Below, in pieces: positions 55,493 to 64,000 of a DNA stretch of 64,000 nucleotides (positions are counted from its first letter, which is position 1; each line of letters opens with the position of its first letter). The position numbers were made by a program, and so were the translations under genes. The stretch comes from an uncultured Leptolinea sp. (GTDB taxonomy: Bacteria > Chloroflexota > Anaerolineae > Anaerolineales > Anaerolineaceae). The stretch is taken from the NCBI GenBank assembly GCA_964648485.1, contig CAZYOF010000017.1:3744-67743 (forward strand). Reading direction: 5' to 3'. The notes under the pieces are model-generated. The model saw only the letters and a program-made list of their open reading frames with translations. It was not told where the DNA came from and did not search any database.

Positions 55493-55549
55493 TTGACAAA
55501 GGAGAAATGTGATTGTATAGTATTTATACTTGTTATAACAACATAACAA
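55493..55549 (+). promoter_or_regulatory. Consensus sigma70 promoter plus a palindromic GntR-type operator
   Basis: TTGACA (55493-55498), 17-nt spacer, TATAGT (55516-55521). The perfect palindrome TTGTTATAACAA (55530-55541) is followed by an extra half-site ATAACAA. Confidence 0.65.
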
Positions 55550-55565
55550 TATATCAAAAAAAAAT

Positions 55566-56285
55566 ATGACTCAACCTCACCTTCCCCTATATTTCAAAAT
55601 TGAAAAAGAGATCCTGGATTCCATCCAAAACGATGTTTACAAAGCTGGCGAACAGTTACCCAGCGAAGCAGAGATTGCTCAACAATACCAGGTAAGCAGA
55701 ATCACAGCAAAAAGAGCGTTGGACGATCTGGTTAATCAGGGATGGGCTTACCGACAACAAGGAAAAGGTACTTTTGTCTCACAAGCCCGAATCAAAGAAA
55801 TGTCTGGATTCAGGAGTTTTACTGAAGATATCCTCTCGAAGGGTTTAAAACCCAGTTCAAAAATAATCAAATTTGAGAGTCAGATTGCTGATGATTTCAT
55901 TGCGAAGCAGCTAAGAATTCGGCAAGGGGATCAGATTTATTTACTTCAAAGAATCCGACAGGCAGATAACCAGCCAGTTGCGTATGAGACTGCTTATCTA
56001 CCAGAGTATTTATTCCCTAATTTACTTGCATATGATCTCAGCCAATCATTGTTTAAGGTGTTACGAGAACAATATCACATCAATCCAGTTTGGGCAGATG
56101 CAGAGATCCAGGCAGCCAGTGCAAACAATGAAATTGCTCAGGCATTGGGAATGCGGGTGGGTGAGCCTGTATTAATTGCAAACCGCCTGACTTATTCTGA
56201 AACATTTGAAATCGTGGAGTTTGTGGTTTCTGTATATTGCGGAAGCCGCTTTACATTTTATATTGGACGGCAGTCCATACCATAA
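55566..56285 (+). CDS. GntR-family (HutC subfamily, UTRA effector domain) transcriptional regulator
   Basis: LPSEAEIAQQYQVSRITAKRALDDLVNQG wHTH, followed by a UTRA-like C-terminus. Confidence 0.85.
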   Translation: MTQPHLPLYFKIEKEILDSIQNDVYKAGEQLPSEAEIAQQYQVSRITAKRALDDLVNQGWAYRQQGKGTFVSQARIKEMSGFRSFTEDILSKGLKPSSKIIKFESQIADDFIAKQLRIRQGDQIYLLQRIRQADNQPVAYETAYLPEYLFPNLLAYDLSQSLFKVLREQYHINPVWADAEIQAASANNEIAQALGMRVGEPVLIANRLTYSETFEIVEFVVSVYCGSRFTFYIGRQSIP

Positions 56286-56313
56286 ACCCAAACAAATTAC
56301 CAAGGAGGAAGAA

Positions 56314-57606
56314 ATGTCAAAGTTGTACCGAATCACTATGCTGGTCGTGCTAGTTGCAATGGTTCTCGGCATGACCGCCTGTGGAGCCAAGCCGGAATCC
56401 ACAGTGAAAGAAGTTAAAGTTCTCGCTATGCAGCAAGCGGGTCCCACTCCCGAGGAAATGAATGAGATTGTTGCTAAATTTAATAAAAGCAACCCGGATG
56501 TAAATGTTACCATTGATTATGTTTCTTACGACGCCCTGCATGACAAAATTGCAACCTCAATGGCTACCAATCCACCCGCTTACGATGTTGTGTTAGTAGA
56601 TGACATCTGGTATGCGGAATTCGCTAAGAACGGTTACCTTTGGGATGTAACCAGCAAGATCGCTCCGGAAACCAAAGATGCGATTTTTGCTGCTGCATGG
56701 GATATCACCACAGTGAATGGTGTTACATACGGCATGCCCTGGCTTTTGGATGAGAAGTACTTCTTCTACAATGAAAAAATGTTAGCGGATGCCGGCATTG
56801 CTGCGCCTCCAAAAACTTGGGAAGAATTAGAAGCACAGTCTCTGATCTTGAAAGAAAAGGGAATCGTGGAATATCCGATTGTCTGGTCATGGGCTCAGGC
56901 AGAAACAGCAATTTGTGACTTTGTCGCTTTACTCTATGGAAATGGTGGAAGATTCACCGATGAAAATGGCAACCCTGCTTTTAATGAAGCCGCTGGCGTG
57001 GAAACACTCCAATGGATGGTTGATTCAATTGATAAGGGTATTGTCAATCCAGCTTCCATATCCTATGTAGAAGAAGACGTCCGTAATACATTCTCACAGG
57101 GAAAAGCAGCATTTGCGATTAACTGGCTCTATATGTACGAACTTGCAGCCATTAATCCGGATGAATCGCAGGTTGTTGGACAAGTAAAAATGAGCTTAAT
57201 TCCAGTTTTTGAAGGAAATGCTGCCCCAAGCTCGAGTATCAATGGTTCCATGGGATTCTCTGTTGTCGATAAATCTCCCAACCGGGAAGCTGCATGGAAG
57301 TATGTTGAATTCCTGACCAGCGAAGATATCCAACGCGAATATTCTGCGCATCTTCCTCCTGTCTGGAGTGGAAATTATGAAGGTGAAGCTCTTAACGAAC
57401 TGATGGCGTTGAATGAATCCAATCCCGTAACTGTTCCCATGTTTAAAGAGCAGTTCCCCTATTCACATGTACGCCCGAAAGTGCCTTATTATGCTGAGGG
57501 TTCAAAAGCACTGCAATTGGCATTACAAGAAGCATTAACCAAGACAAAAACTCCGCAGCAAGCATTGGATGACGCTGCAGCAAAATGGATTGAACTCGCC
57601 AAGTAA
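56314..57606 (+). CDS. Sugar ABC transporter substrate-binding lipoprotein (family 1)
   Basis: Lipobox LGMTAC. SD AAGGAGG before the ATG at 56314. Family-1 SBP pattern throughout. Confidence 0.85.
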   Translation: MSKLYRITMLVVLVAMVLGMTACGAKPESTVKEVKVLAMQQAGPTPEEMNEIVAKFNKSNPDVNVTIDYVSYDALHDKIATSMATNPPAYDVVLVDDIWYAEFAKNGYLWDVTSKIAPETKDAIFAAAWDITTVNGVTYGMPWLLDEKYFFYNEKMLADAGIAAPPKTWEELEAQSLILKEKGIVEYPIVWSWAQAETAICDFVALLYGNGGRFTDENGNPAFNEAAGVETLQWMVDSIDKGIVNPASISYVEEDVRNTFSQGKAAFAINWLYMYELAAINPDESQVVGQVKMSLIPVFEGNAAPSSSINGSMGFSVVDKSPNREAAWKYVEFLTSEDIQREYSAHLPPVWSGNYEGEALNELMALNESNPVTVPMFKEQFPYSHVRPKVPYYAEGSKALQLALQEALTKTKTPQQALDDAAAKWIELAK

Positions 57607-57623
57607 AACAATATTATCTTTAA

Positions 57624-57650
57624 GGATTGGGCGGTAAACCCGCCCAATCC
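57624..57650 (+). other. Intercistronic stem-loop directly after the SBP gene
   Basis: 11-bp stem ggattgggcgg / ccgcccaatcc with a 5-nt loop (taaac) and no T-run. Confidence 0.6.
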
Positions 57651-57668
57651 GTTCCAGGATTATTCTTG

Positions 57669-58568
57669 ATGCGAAAATTGTTCTCTTTACACCAGCAAGA
57701 GGAACGCGATGGTTTATTGATGCTTCTGCCTGCCATTGGTGTTATCGGGGTGATTTCATTATTACCGGTTCTATTCACCCTGGTATTAAGTTTCACAGAT
57801 ACTCCTTTATCCAATCCGACACCACAAAATTTTGTAGGTTTAAAGAACTTTTTAGAATTTATCAATAGTAGAGATTTCTGGTCATCGATCTGGCGGACAT
57901 TTTATTTCACGGCAGTTTCTGTTGGATTGGAATTGATACTTGGAATGGGCATTGCGTTGTTGATCCACGCAAAACCATTTGGGTGGCAATTTTTACGCGC
58001 CAGTCTAATCATTCCATGGGCTGTTCCGACCATCGTGAACGGGGCTATCTGGCGGTGGATTTACAATGCAGATTATGGGGCGTTGAACGGATTGTTGTAT
58101 TCATTGGGAATTATTGAGAAATATCAAGCATGGTTGACCAAACCTTTTCTGGCGATGAATCTTGTCATCATTGCCGATGTATGGCATAGCGTACCATTTA
58201 TTGCTCTAATCCTTCAGGCTGCACTGGCAACCATTCCAAGTGAGATCGAAGAAGCTTCTATGATTGATGGTGCAAGTGTGTGGCAAAGATTTGTTCATAT
58301 TCGCTTGCAATTATTACGCCCAGCCATCCTGGTTGCTCTTGTCGTACGTACGGTTGAAGCATTCAGAGTGTTTGACATTATCTATGTGATCACACAAGGT
58401 GGACCAGCATTTGGCACTGTTACCATCTCTTACCTCACTTATCTCGAATCGTTTACATATAGACACCTCGGATCAGGAGCTGCTTTATCTTTCCTGATAT
58501 CTGCAATTACACTTTTACTGGCATTAATATATATTCGAATACTATATCGGCCGGAGATGCAAAAATGA
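57669..58568 (+). CDS. Sugar ABC transporter permease (MalF/UgpA-like)
   Basis: Six TM helices. EAA-loop EEASMIDGAS..QRF..I.LQLLRPA. Confidence 0.85.
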   Translation: MRKLFSLHQQEERDGLLMLLPAIGVIGVISLLPVLFTLVLSFTDTPLSNPTPQNFVGLKNFLEFINSRDFWSSIWRTFYFTAVSVGLELILGMGIALLIHAKPFGWQFLRASLIIPWAVPTIVNGAIWRWIYNADYGALNGLLYSLGIIEKYQAWLTKPFLAMNLVIIADVWHSVPFIALILQAALATIPSEIEEASMIDGASVWQRFVHIRLQLLRPAILVALVVRTVEAFRVFDIIYVITQGGPAFGTVTISYLTYLESFTYRHLGSGAALSFLISAITLLLALIYIRILYRPEMQK

Positions 58569-59425
58569 AACAAATTAGACGCTTCATTAAAAAATCCTGG
58601 CTGGTTGTTTTTATGGTCCCTGTCCTCTTGTTCATCTATGCCCCTATCACCTGGCTGGTCACATCATCCATATCGACCCGGGCTGAACTGTTAGCAATGC
58701 CCCCCAGGTTTTTTCCAGAAAACCCCACATTAAAAAACTATTTGGATATTTTAGTTCCGGGAACTGCTGTTTCAGAAGTGGCACGCACGTTTAAAATAAC
58801 CCTGGCAAATTCACTCATTGTAGCTTTGACGACTACGGCTATTTGTTTATTGATCGCATCACTGTCTGCGTATGCTCTGGCAAGATTGAAATTACGCTAT
58901 AAGAATTCATTTATGATGGGAATTCTAAGTATCCGCATGATTCCCGAAATTTCACTGGTGATTCCCCTCTTTATTGCCGCGGCAAAATTAGGATGGCTCG
59001 ATAAACCTCTGGTTCTTATTGTTACTTACCTTAGTTTTGCCCTCCCATTCGCCATATGGATGTTGACTACATTTTTTGAGACTATCCCCATTGAAATGGA
59101 AGATGCTGCATTGATAGATGGGTCATCCAGATTAAATACATTATTTAAAGTGATATTACCTCTGGCAACACCTGGTATTGTATCAACTGCGCTGTTTATT
59201 TTCTTGCTTGCATGGGATGAATTTTTCTTTGCTCTGATCTTTACCAGTACAACTGCGGCAAAAACCGTACCGGTGGCAATTGCAGAGTTCACAGGGAGAT
59301 ATGCAGTAGATATTACTGCCATGATGACCGGCGGTGTGCTCGCAGCGTTACCGCCTGTAATCCTTGCACTGATTTTCCAACGTTACATCGTCAGTGGGCT
59401 TTCTGCTGGAGCTGTGAAGGGATGA
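58565..59425 (+). CDS. Sugar ABC transporter permease (MalG/UgpE-like)
   Basis: EAA-loop EDAALIDGSSRLNTLFKVILPLATPG. 4-nt overlap with the upstream permease gene. Confidence 0.85.
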   Translation: MKQIRRFIKKSWLVVFMVPVLLFIYAPITWLVTSSISTRAELLAMPPRFFPENPTLKNYLDILVPGTAVSEVARTFKITLANSLIVALTTTAICLLIASLSAYALARLKLRYKNSFMMGILSIRMIPEISLVIPLFIAAAKLGWLDKPLVLIVTYLSFALPFAIWMLTTFFETIPIEMEDAALIDGSSRLNTLFKVILPLATPGIVSTALFIFLLAWDEFFFALIFTSTTAAKTVPVAIAEFTGRYAVDITAMMTGGVLAALPPVILALIFQRYIVSGLSAGAVKG

Positions 59426-60384
59426 AGAAATCTGTATTTATTGGAATTGATCTGGGCGGTACAAATGTACGCATTGGATTAGTAACAGAGCATGGAGAAA
59501 TTCTATTTCGAGTATCTAAGTCTATTCAAGCTAAGGCAGGACCGGAAAATGGAATTCGAAAAATAACAGACTTAATTGATGAAATAATAAAGAATACAGG
59601 ATTTCAACCTGAAGGGATTGGTTTTGGAGCAACGGGTCCCGTTGACCATCTACAAGGAGTCATTAACAACCCATACACATTACCAACTTGGGAGAATGTG
59701 GATGTAGTAACACCAATACAAGAGAAATTCAAACTTCCAGTTTCTCTGGAGAATGATGCAGACGTTGCCGCACTTGGAGAGACCTGGATAGGAGCGGGAA
59801 AAGGATATAGAAATGTAGCAGTTGTCACGGTAGGGACAGGGATTGGCACAGCTTTTATTCGTGATGGAAGGATATTAAGGGGATTTAACCAATATCACCC
59901 CGAAGGAGGGCATATTCCATTAGATCCGAATGGGCCCAAGTGTTACTGTGGTGCATTTGGTTGCTGGGAATCCCTAGCATCAGGTAGTGCCATCGCGGAA
60001 CACGCTAAAAGGATGCTGCCAGTGTATCCACATTCAACATTAAATGAAGATATAACTACTAATAATTTGACAGCAAAAAATGTGATACAGGCAGCACAAA
60101 AAGGCGATGAATTAGGGGAAAAAGTATTTCTACAATCTGCAAAATATCTTGGTTTGGGTTTAGTGAGCTTAATTCACTTCCATATGCCCGAATGTATCAT
60201 TCTGACTGGTGGTGTCATGGAATCATTCTCCCTTTATTCCCCAGTATTAGCGGAAGTCATCCAACAACATAGTGTGATGAATCCCCTTAATGAAATACCC
60301 ATAGTTCTGGCAAAGATTGGTCAAGAGGCAGGTATGGTCGGAGCAGCCAGGGCTGCAATGTTAGAAAGTTCACCACAATCATAA
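59422..60384 (+). CDS. ROK-family sugar kinase
   Basis: GIDLGGTN ATP-binding start and ROK zinc motif CYCGAFGCWE. Confidence 0.85.
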   Translation: MKKSVFIGIDLGGTNVRIGLVTEHGEILFRVSKSIQAKAGPENGIRKITDLIDEIIKNTGFQPEGIGFGATGPVDHLQGVINNPYTLPTWENVDVVTPIQEKFKLPVSLENDADVAALGETWIGAGKGYRNVAVVTVGTGIGTAFIRDGRILRGFNQYHPEGGHIPLDPNGPKCYCGAFGCWESLASGSAIAEHAKRMLPVYPHSTLNEDITTNNLTAKNVIQAAQKGDELGEKVFLQSAKYLGLGLVSLIHFHMPECIILTGGVMESFSLYSPVLAEVIQQHSVMNPLNEIPIVLAKIGQEAGMVGAARAAMLESSPQS

Positions 60385-60396
60385 GGGATAAAAAAG

Positions 60397-61437
60397 ATGC
60401 AACCATCACCATATATACTCGATATTCTGGCTCAGCCAGGCGCATTGCGAACTGCAATTCAGAATTTTCCGTATGAAAAACTAGAAGAAGTGCGCACCAA
60501 AATCAACAATCAGGATGTAAAAAAGATTATTCTCACTGGAATGGGATCTTCATACAATAGTGCCTATCCAGCATTTCTGGATCTTCAATCACTATCCATT
60601 CCTTCTGTATTAATAAATTCTGCCGAGCTTCTTCATTATGGACTTTCATCCATTGATGAACGAACTTTATTGTGGATGAATTCTCAATCCGGGCGAAGCG
60701 TAGAAATTGTGCGTATTATTGAAAAACTGAAAAACAATAGACCTGGTTTTCAATTGAGCATGACGAATTATTTAGACAGTCCTCTCGCATTAAGTGCAGA
60801 TATGGCAGTCCATATTCATGCAGGAGCCGAAGCGACTGTCAGTACAAAAACATACATCAATACAACATCTCTACTACTTTTGACAACCCATCTACTCCGG
60901 GGAAAGGATTGGGAAGGACTGCAAAAACAGATGTTGCGAGCAGCAGACGCCATTGAAGAATATCTCAGCCGATGGCAGGAAAGAATAACCAGGTTGGATC
61001 ATTTGTTGGGTGAAGTGAAGAAGCTGGTCATTCTTGGAAGGGGACCATCCATGGGGGCAGTATGGAATGGTTCGCTTGTCAATAAAGAAGCTGCCAAATG
61101 TACTTTTGAAGGAATGAATTCAGCAGATTTCAGACATGGTCCTCTTGAACTTGTAGATAAAGATTTTACAGTCCTCATTTTTGAAGGTTCAGAAAAAACT
61201 GCGAAAATTAATTATGATCTGGCAAAGGAAGTGGTAAATCTAAAAGGGAAAGCTTTTTGGATTTCTCCCCGTATTGATGATTCCCTGCCAACAATTCAAA
61301 TTCCCCTGGTTCAAGAGGACGTATTACCTCTTGTAGAAATTTTGCCCTTACAATTGTTAAGTATATTAATGGCTAATCGCAACGGTTTTATACCCGGTCA
61401 GTTTAGATTTATTGGAAAAGTTACTGAAAAGGAATAG
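60397..61437 (+). CDS. Tandem-SIS-domain sugar-phosphate isomerase/deglycase (GlmS C-terminal, FrlB or AgaS-like)
   Basis: ILTGMGSSYNSA and a second SIS repeat ILGRGPSMGA. 346 aa. Confidence 0.75.
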   Translation: MQPSPYILDILAQPGALRTAIQNFPYEKLEEVRTKINNQDVKKIILTGMGSSYNSAYPAFLDLQSLSIPSVLINSAELLHYGLSSIDERTLLWMNSQSGRSVEIVRIIEKLKNNRPGFQLSMTNYLDSPLALSADMAVHIHAGAEATVSTKTYINTTSLLLLTTHLLRGKDWEGLQKQMLRAADAIEEYLSRWQERITRLDHLLGEVKKLVILGRGPSMGAVWNGSLVNKEAAKCTFEGMNSADFRHGPLELVDKDFTVLIFEGSEKTAKINYDLAKEVVNLKGKAFWISPRIDDSLPTIQIPLVQEDVLPLVEILPLQLLSILMANRNGFIPGQFRFIGKVTEKE

Positions 61438-61500
61438 TTTTTATAAAATATCTTTTAAAAAGTAAAAAAGATAACAAATCAGATTGATTCAGGTTAAACA

Positions 61501-61540
61501 AAAAAATATCTCCCGAAATTTGATTGGGAGATATTTTTTT
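61501..61540. terminator. Bidirectional intrinsic terminator between convergent operons
   Basis: aaaaaatatctccc-N11-gggagatatttttt. Confidence 0.75.
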
Positions 61541-61557
61541 CTTGCAGTGTGTACTGC

Positions 61558-62670
61558 TTATCCTTTTACACCGCCAACTGCCAATCCGCTTACGAGATAC
61601 CGTTGAAGGAAGGCAAAAATTAGAATCGGTGGGATAGAAATCAATATTGCCATCGCAGAGAATTCAGACCAGGGAGTTCCCGAGGCGTACTGTCCAACCA
61701 TACCTCGTAATACCATTGGCAGAGTGAAAGTGGATGGATTCGTTAAGAAGGTCCAGGAGAGGATAAACTCAGACCAGCCTGTCAGAAAGCCCCATAAGGC
61801 GGTCACGGCGATACCAGGTACGGCAAGGGGCAGGATCACACGAATGAATCCTTGCGCCCTCGTACAGCCGTCAATCTGGGCTGCTTCCTCCAGGTCATAC
61901 GGGAGAGAGTCAATATAACCCTTCATATTCCATATTGCAAACGGTAATGCAGTTGAGGTAAATGCAATTGCAAGACCTAAGAGTGAATTTCTCAATCCGA
62001 CCGAGTTCAACAGTACAAATAGGGGCGCAAGGGTTCCACCTGGCGGGATCATCAATACAAGAACAAATCCGAGCATACCCAATCTGCGACCCGGGAAAAC
62101 AAGACGTGAAAATGCATACGCTGCGGTGATGCCAATGATTACTGATCCGAAAGCTGTACCACCAGCAACCAAAAGACTGTTTCGGAGCAATTCAGGGAAA
62201 GTGACAGGATTGGGTGAAGGTTTTTGGAGTATCGAAATGAATGAATTAAGTGTCGCACCGGGCGGGATAATGGTAATACCCTGAGGACGTGAGAAATCGC
62301 GCGGATCCAGTGCCATGGAGATGATCCATAAAACCGGGAACAAAACAGTTGCCAATATGACAAGCAGGATAATCTGCAATAAATCAATACGCATGGTTTC
62401 CCGTGCGCGTTTAAAATCCTTTCCCTTGCGTATAGCAATCAGGAGTGATAAATAACGTTTAAAAACCAAACCCCCAAAAGCTATCAGAAAGATCCCAAGT
62501 ACAATTCGCGGAGCCGCTACAATCGTTTCCGTTGATACAATTCCCAGGATGAGGGAATATGCACCATAACCAATTAATCCTATTGAAATTGCGAAAACCA
62601 AATAAGCCCATCCAATAGCAATTCCGGTTTTAGTTTCCAATTGCGCGCGAGAGGTTTCCAGCGTTGTCAT
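61558..62670 (-). CDS. Sugar ABC transporter permease (MalG-like with an N-terminal extension)
   Basis: EAA-loop EEAAQIDGCTRAQGFIRVILPLAVPG. Polytopic. Confidence 0.85.
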   Translation of the reverse strand: MTTLETSRAQLETKTGIAIGWAYLVFAISIGLIGYGAYSLILGIVSTETIVAAPRIVLGIFLIAFGGLVFKRYLSLLIAIRKGKDFKRARETMRIDLLQIILLVILATVLFPVLWIISMALDPRDFSRPQGITIIPPGATLNSFISILQKPSPNPVTFPELLRNSLLVAGGTAFGSVIIGITAAYAFSRLVFPGRRLGMLGFVLVLMIPPGGTLAPLFVLLNSVGLRNSLLGLAIAFTSTALPFAIWNMKGYIDSLPYDLEEAAQIDGCTRAQGFIRVILPLAVPGIAVTALWGFLTGWSEFILSWTFLTNPSTFTLPMVLRGMVGQYASGTPWSEFSAMAILISIPPILIFAFLQRYLVSGLAVGGVKG

Positions 62671-62682
62671 AGCTTTTCTCCT

Positions 62683-63690
62683 TTACGCGTAGTAAGGCTC
62701 GGTAGCCTTAGTAATTTTATTTGTGATCAACGTAATGATCGCAAGGATGATGAAAACTATAATATTGAAAGCTGATGCAACCCCATACCAACCCTGTGGA
62801 TTAACCAGCTTAAAGCCCTGAGTTACGAGGATTTCAGTCAATCCGACTGGTCCTCCACCTGTAACGAAGTAGATGATATTGAATTGATTAAACGTCATCA
62901 TAATTCCGATCATGATTGCCGGCACCATCGCAGGGCGGATGAGAGGAAGGGTAATCAGCCAGATTTTATTCAAACCTGAAATTCCATCCATTTCAGCAGC
63001 TTCATAGACTTCTTTTGGAATACTCTGTAATGCTCCTGTTGCTATAACCATCATAAATGGCCAGCCAAGCCAGACATTGGCAATCAGAACGGCGATAAAT
63101 GCCAACGGAAGTACTAATCCAATCTGGGGAAGATTTATAAAAGGTGTAGGCTCCAAAAGCCAGCGGATATTACCCCTAAGCCCAATCTCCTGTAGAAGCA
63201 GGTTGATCCCACCAAATTTATCATGCCACATATTAGCCCACATCATCCCGGCTACCAGTGAAGGAAGAGCCCAGGGGATGACAAAAAGGCTTCGATAAAT
63301 CCGTTTTCCGGGCATGCTATCCTGGTTTAAGATTAAGGCAACAGCAATACCAATTACTACATGAAGGAAAACGTTAATAAAAGTCCAAAAGAGATTAAAA
63401 ATAAAAATTCTGAAAAAATCGTAATTTGTTACCGGTAATCCACGAAAGATAACGTTAATATAGTTTGTTAAACCTACCAGATTCGGATCCATCAGACGCA
63501 GGTTTTTAAGTTGAAAATCCGTAAATGACATCCAAACCTGGTAAAGCAATGGATAGAATGTAATAAATAACATGATTAACAGGGCAGGCAATATATATAG
63601 ATATGCCAAGCCCATATTGGGGTATTTGTGTGTTAAATTTTGGAACCAATTGCGTTTTTTAGCGGATAGATCTGTTGATGTTGATTCCAT
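62683..63690 (-). CDS. Sugar ABC transporter permease (MalF-like)
   Basis: EAA-loop YEAAEMDGISGLNKIWLITLPLIRPA. SD GGAGGG before the ATG. Confidence 0.85.
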   Translation of the reverse strand: MESTSTDLSAKKRNWFQNLTHKYPNMGLAYLYILPALLIMLFITFYPLLYQVWMSFTDFQLKNLRLMDPNLVGLTNYINVIFRGLPVTNYDFFRIFIFNLFWTFINVFLHVVIGIAVALILNQDSMPGKRIYRSLFVIPWALPSLVAGMMWANMWHDKFGGINLLLQEIGLRGNIRWLLEPTPFINLPQIGLVLPLAFIAVLIANVWLGWPFMMVIATGALQSIPKEVYEAAEMDGISGLNKIWLITLPLIRPAMVPAIMIGIMMTFNQFNIIYFVTGGGPVGLTEILVTQGFKLVNPQGWYGVASAFNIIVFIILAIITLITNKITKATEPYYA

Positions 63691-63750
63691 TTTCCCTCCT
63701 ATGAAACCTAACAGATTATGAACTTAAGACTGTGGAGAGGAAAAGATAAG

Positions 63751-63784
63751 AAAATGGTGGGTAGAATATTCTACCCACCATTTT
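63751..63784 (-). terminator. 34-nt perfect palindrome (hairpin) between the SBP gene and the permease genes; attenuator or mRNA-stabilising stem-loop
   Basis: aaaatggtgggtagaat|attctacccaccatttt begins 10 nt after the SBP stop. U-rich sequence follows on the minus strand. Confidence 0.65.
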
Positions 63785-63794
63785 AGATAATACG

Positions 63795-64000
63795 TTACTT
63801 GTTATTGGTTGTATTGATGAGGGAAGCAGCTTCAGCCAAAGCATCGGCAGGTGATTTAACGCCTTCGAGGATTTGGGTCATTGCATTTCCCATGGGATCC
63901 CAGGTTGCCCCGAGCTCAGATGCTACCGGGAAAGGATCAGAGGAAGGAACCTGTTTCAGGAAGCCGCCTACAACAGGATTGGAGGAGGTGTCGACAGAGG
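63795..64000 (-). CDS. 3' end of a sugar ABC transporter substrate-binding protein gene (5' end outside the window)
   Basis: Hand translation gives ...ELGATWDPMGNAMTQILEGVKSPADALAEAASLINTTNNK*, with the stop at 63795-63797. This is a typical family-1 SBP C-terminus. Confidence 0.6.
   Translation of the reverse strand, partial: SVDTSSNPVVGGFLKQVPSSDPFPVASELGATWDPMGNAMTQILEGVKSPADALAEAASLINTTNNK

Noticed and set aside
1-64000. Searched intergenic gaps for tRNA, rRNA, tmRNA and CRISPR arrays.
   Set aside because: No T-loop (GGTTCGAATCC-like) or cloverleaf candidates, no rRNA-like conserved blocks, and no repeat-spacer arrays were recognised by eye. tRNAscan, Infernal or CRISPR finders could overturn this.

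Overview
This is a bacterial chromosomal segment made mostly of housekeeping and metabolic genes. I recognised no rRNA, tRNA or CRISPR array. The gene content is loosely Chloroflexota-like, but taxonomy cannot be established from the sequence alone.

Gene content runs as follows:
- **1-22.9 kb:** an antiporter 3' end, a peroxiredoxin, TrmO, an XRE regulator, an MFS transporter, a heterodimeric ABC exporter, a mutase-like/opine-dehydrogenase pair, ADP-forming acyl-CoA synthetase, a CsoR-like/OsmC/rhodanese cluster, TrmH, Dus and a cyclase-STAND-TPR protein.
- **22.9-29.4 kb:** an S8 protease, a PfkB kinase and a GH4 glycosidase, all clearly more GC-rich than the preceding DNA.
- **39-44 kb:** mfd and pth in a second GC-rich block.
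- **44-64 kb:** uvrB, an RseP-type protease, a mevalonate-pathway decarboxylase and two sugar ABC loci.

The centre of the window (29.6-39.0 kb) is the most interesting part. It is a compositionally mosaic defense island sitting between the two GC-rich blocks and bounded by two transposase remnants. It carries a type I restriction-modification operon (hsdM, hsdS, hsdR) with three extra genes:
- An upstream NucS-like PD-(D/E)xK nuclease fused to an unassigned C-terminal domain.
- A Fic-domain protein between hsdM and hsdS.
- An uncharacterised 349-aa protein, translationally coupled between hsdS and hsdR in the position prrC occupies in EcoprrI. It carries an Rx4H (HEPN-like) motif.

Other notable observations:
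- A peroxiredoxin whose peroxidatic Cys codon is an in-frame TGA followed by a SECIS-like hairpin, so it is a candidate selenoprotein.
- An antiporter gene that changes reading frame inside a T9 tract.
- A codon-diversified SGSYGLW heptad array at the C-terminus of the S8 protease.
- A fused glutamate-mutase-like S+E protein with an altered B12-binding motif.
- REP-like palindromes next to a RAYT-like transposase fragment that abuts the mfd stop codon.
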